DNA of 64,000 bases, from assembly GCA_030390025.1 (NCBI GenBank), contig CM059432.1:79362001-79426000 (forward strand), written 5' to 3'. Origin of the DNA: Squalus acanthias. Its lineage: Eukaryota. A model generated the notes under the pieces. The model did not search any database. It had not been told where the DNA came from and saw only the letters and a list, made by a program, of their open reading frames with translations. Of this stretch, positions 62,000 to 64,000 are shown one piece after another. Position numbers and translations under genes: made by a program. Positions within the stretch are counted from its first letter, which is position 1, and each line of letters begins with the position of its first letter.

Positions 62000-62620
62000 A
62001 TAAATCGAATTCACAGATTATACCAAACTAGATGGGGCAATGCAATCAAAGGAGGCAGCTCAGAAATTACAGAAGGAGTTTGACAAAATTATGTTTGTGG
62101 ACAGAAAAATGCCAGATGAAATTTAATTCAGACAAGTAAAGTACTGAACATAGGAAGGGGGAAAAAAGGGCAATAAAAGTACTCCATGAATGCTGTTGAA
62201 ATAGCTACAGATGAAGTTGAAAGAAACCTAGGAGTCTTAGTAGATTAAATGCTCAATATATTCAATCAATGCAGAGCAACAATCAACAAAACTAATAGAA
62301 TGTTTAAAAATAGCTAAAACAGCAGAATGTAAGTGATAATCAAACTGTACAGTCCAGTCTGTACCTTGAGTACTACATAGTTCACCACAAGAGACACATT
62401 CTAGCACTGGGAAGCAGCAAGCAGTGCATAAAAGAGCCATGAAAATGATCCCTAGTTAAAAGAGTCTAAGTTATAAGGAAGACTGAAGGGAAATGGGGGA
62501 TTTTCAGCCTGGAAATATAAGATCTGATGATCTTATGTGAAGGGTAGGAACAATGTAAATCTGGAATATTACCTTATCGGAGACACAAGTTCAAATTAGT
62601 AAAAGGAACATTTCTGAAAC
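62000..62620 (+). mobile_element. Very old CR1-like RT fragment
   Basis: Degenerate FTDYTKL...QMKFNSDK...KRAMKMIP. Confidence 0.55.
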
Positions 62621-63434
62621 CATCTTTCTTCTACAATCTAATTTATAATAAAGTAAACACAGTTTAATTATAAGGATATTTATCAATTAATTCCTATTAC
62701 GAATAATATTAAAGTGGTTATAAACTGAAGGGGATTCATTTAAAGTGCTCTTCATACCCATATGATAGAAAACCTAACTTGTACTATGACATATGCAAAT
62801 ATATTGAAAGATTAACAACCAAGGTACAAAGGTCATGGTTCCACAGCTAACACTGGTCCCAATACAACCAAAGTGGCATATTCACTGCAAGTTCATTTCA
62901 AGACTTTGACCCACACTAAGATTACGATACCACAGAGACAACTAAATGAAGGACTATTGAAGTCTCAACAGAATTAAGTCTCCGACCACCAGCTTTCTCT
63001 TTTCTGCTTCTTTAGAGAACAGGGGCATGGTCAGGTCCACTGGACAGCTCTAACCATGATGCCCCTGTGGCAAGGGCCAATTTATCATCCAAATTAGAAC
63101 ATACAGCTGCTAACATGATTTATGATGACACTCTCACTAGCTAGACTAAGAAATGTCCCATGTCTTTTCATAGCTCAATTTATCATTTATGGAGACTTTT
63201 AAAAACTATAACAATTTTGTTATTTATGTGCAATACTTATCAGAGATAATTTTAAGATTTTTATACAAAAGTAATGATTTTAAGCATAACTAAATGAGTT
63301 AATTAACTAGGCAACTGAACACCAGTTAAGAATTGTTAGTGTGATGAATAGGAAGTTTCAGCACATTTCACATCACAGGAAAACCTTTGTATTTTTAATT
63401 TCTACAAAAATCACTACCCAAGTACTGATGCAGG

Positions 63435-64000
63435 TTAATAATGCCATAAAAAAGCAAACAAAGCACTGGAGTTCATTTCTAAAGGGATAGAATTGAAAAG
63501 CAGAGAAGTTAAACTTGTATAAAACCTTGGTTAGACCACACTTAATAGTACTGTGAATAGTTCTGATCTCTATATATTTTAAAAAAGATATAAAGGCACT
63601 GGAGAAGGTGCAAAAAGGATTTACTAGAATGATACCAGAACTGAGAGGTTATAACTATCAGGAAAGATTGAACAGGCTGGGGCTCTTTTCTCTAGAAAAG
63701 AGAAGACTGAGGGATGACCTGATAGAGGTCTTTAAGATTATGAAAGGGTTTGATAGGATAGACGTAGAGAAGATATTTCCACTTGCGGGCGAGACCAGAA
63801 CTAGGAGCAATAAATATAAGATAGTCACTAATAAACCCAATAGGGAATACAGGAGAACCTTCTTTACCCAGAGAGTGGTTAGAATGTGGAACTCGCTACC
63901 ACAAGGAGTAATTGGGGCGACTATAGATGCATTTAAGGAGAAGCTAGATAAACATACGAGGGAAAAAGGAATAGAAGGGATATGTTAATGGAGTTCAAAA
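63435..64000 (+). mobile_element. CR1 LINE 3' part, running off the window
   Basis: [44 protein letters not shown]. Confidence 0.88.

Overview
Vertebrate, repeat-dominated genomic DNA, most likely from a cartilaginous fish. This is an inference from the repeat content: CR1 LINEs with an esterase ORF1, DeuSINE/SacSINE1-like SINEs, and Penelope elements. No intact cellular protein-coding gene was recognised; the long ORFs are retroelement RT/EN/GIY-YIG remnants or artefacts of a 3-kb CT-rich array. About 1-49 kb is a nest of CR1 LINEs, Penelope-like elements (PLEs) carrying minimal hammerhead ribozymes, PIF/Harbinger relics and MITEs, SINEs, two solo LTRs and a possible DIRS relic. In the less repetitive 49-63 kb region, two C/D box snoRNA genes matching SNORD87/U87 lie on the minus strand. 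Each follows a short stop-containing exon, consistent with a duplicated module of a non-coding SNHG6-like host gene. Other notable items are a compensatory base-pair change between two PLE hammerheads, a LINE with a tRNA-like head and no ORF1 plus its SINE derivative, and a CR1 whose 5' truncation point mirrors its antisense insertion site. All family names come from recalled motifs, not from database searches.
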